Source: an uncultured Gemmatimonadales bacterium
Lineage (GTDB): Bacteria; Gemmatimonadota; Gemmatimonadetes; Gemmatimonadales; GWC2-71-9
Length of the DNA: 64,000 bases
NCBI GenBank assembly: GCA_963695555.1
Contig: CAVOGR010000007.1
Coordinates: forward strand, 672,001-736,000
Direction of reading: 5' to 3'
The position numbers and the translations under genes are program-made. The notes under the pieces are model-generated. The model searched no databases. It was not told the DNA's origin and saw nothing but the letters and a program-made list of their open reading frames with translations. The stretch's first letter is position 1; each line of letters opens with the position of its first letter. Below, one piece after another: positions 63,224 through 64,000 of the stretch.

Positions 63224-64000
63224 GACCTTCATGTTCGCGGCCGCGTTCGCGATACTCTCGGGCCCGGCCGCTGCCCAGGACCGCAGTGTGAGCCTGGCGG
63301 ATGCGATCCGCCTGGCGGAGCAAGCGCAGCCAAGCATCATGCGAGCCAATGCCGACATTCACAACGCGGGGGCGCAGAAGCGGGTCGCGATCGGGGCCTT
63401 CCTCCCCGACCTCACCGCGAGCAGCTCGGGATCCCAGAGTTATTCCGAGGGTGTCGATCGCATCGACTCCAATACCGGTCTCCCGCAAGCCAGCAACTCG
63501 ACCACGGGCAACGTCAATTTCCGGCTGAGTGCAGGCCTGGACCTCTTTTCAGGCTTTCGTCGGACAGCCGACCTCAGGGCCGCGAACGCGCAGCGTGATG
63601 CCGCCGAAGCCGGGTTAGTCGACGCTAAGTACCAAGTGGCTCTCTCGACGACCCAGGAGTTCTTGGCTGCCCTCGCGGCGGACGAGCTGCGCACGGTCAG
63701 GCAGGCCGGTGTCGTGCGCGCCGACGAGCAGCTCAAGGTCTCCATCGCCAAGCTCCGGAGCGGGTCGGCCACGCGGTCCGATTCCTTGCGCTCGCTGGTC
63801 ACGCTCGGCAACGCACGCCTTCAGCTCGTCACTGCGGAGACCCAGCTGGCCACGGCCGAGGCGAATCTCGCCCGGCTGATCGGCGTTGACGGCCGTGTGT
63901 CAGCCCTCGACGAGCCGGCCTTCCATGACGTGCTGACGACCATCGACCAGGACGCGTTACGACTCGAGGCGCTCGAACAGTCGCCGCGGGTGCAGAGCGC
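63213..64000 (+). CDS. TolC-family outer membrane efflux protein (partial, runs off window)
   Basis: Manual translation from ATG 63213: signal peptide AAA|Q, SLADAIRLA, FLPDL, DLFSGF, G.ATRSD.L coiled-coil pattern. Confidence 0.88.
   Translation, partial: MLSKTFMFAAAFAILSGPAAAQDRSVSLADAIRLAEQAQPSIMRANADIHNAGAQKRVAIGAFLPDLTASSSGSQSYSEGVDRIDSNTGLPQASNSTTGNVNFRLSAGLDLFSGFRRTADLRAANAQRDAAEAGLVDAKYQVALSTTQEFLAALAADELRTVRQAGVVRADEQLKVSIAKLRSGSATRSDSLRSLVTLGNARLQLVTAETQLATAEANLARLIGVDGRVSALDEPAFHDVLTTIDQDALRLEALEQSPRVQS

Overview
GC-rich bacterial chromosomal segment with about 60 housekeeping, envelope and metabolic genes. Gene content and style suggest Gemmatimonadota, but this is inference and not tested. 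No rRNA, tRNA, CRISPR array, integrase or transposase is recognisable. Contents, left to right: partial CcmA-like ABC ATPase, STAS protein, acs, a DsbA-VKOR-Kup operon, OsmC, a CDP-alcohol phosphatidyltransferase, a cNMP-binding protein paired with a degenerate SpeD homologue, TPR protein plus M16 peptidase, pruA, an orphan WtpA/ModA, cutA/Yip1, trxC, a soluble acyl-ACP desaturase, a SAM-II-riboswitch-led methionine cluster (metH, yitJ-type HMT-MTHFR, and a convergent divergent MTHFR), acyl-CoA dehydrogenase, GH109, an ~8.6 kb cyclic beta-1,2-glucan synthase, dacB, an ECF transporter, a long peptidase/repair/lipid operon, and an ECF-sigma/anti-sigma/Spy-like/TolC locus. About 15 frameshifts and one in-frame TAG cluster between ~24.8 and ~41.1 kb and are most likely assembly errors. 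Most interesting signals: (1) mini-ORFs bridging intergenic gaps with 4-nt RTGA overlaps at both ends, a possible translational relay; (2) a SAM-II aptamer with a terminator/antiterminator platform and a coupled leader ORF; (3) a SpeD-fold protein lacking the pyruvoyl serine, next to a cNMP sensor; (4) an ECF ATPase pair with one co-degenerated nucleotide site; (5) twin divergent TCAAC-N17-CGTA ECF promoters. All functional calls come from motifs read by eye, with no database search. I cannot confirm a wholly new system.
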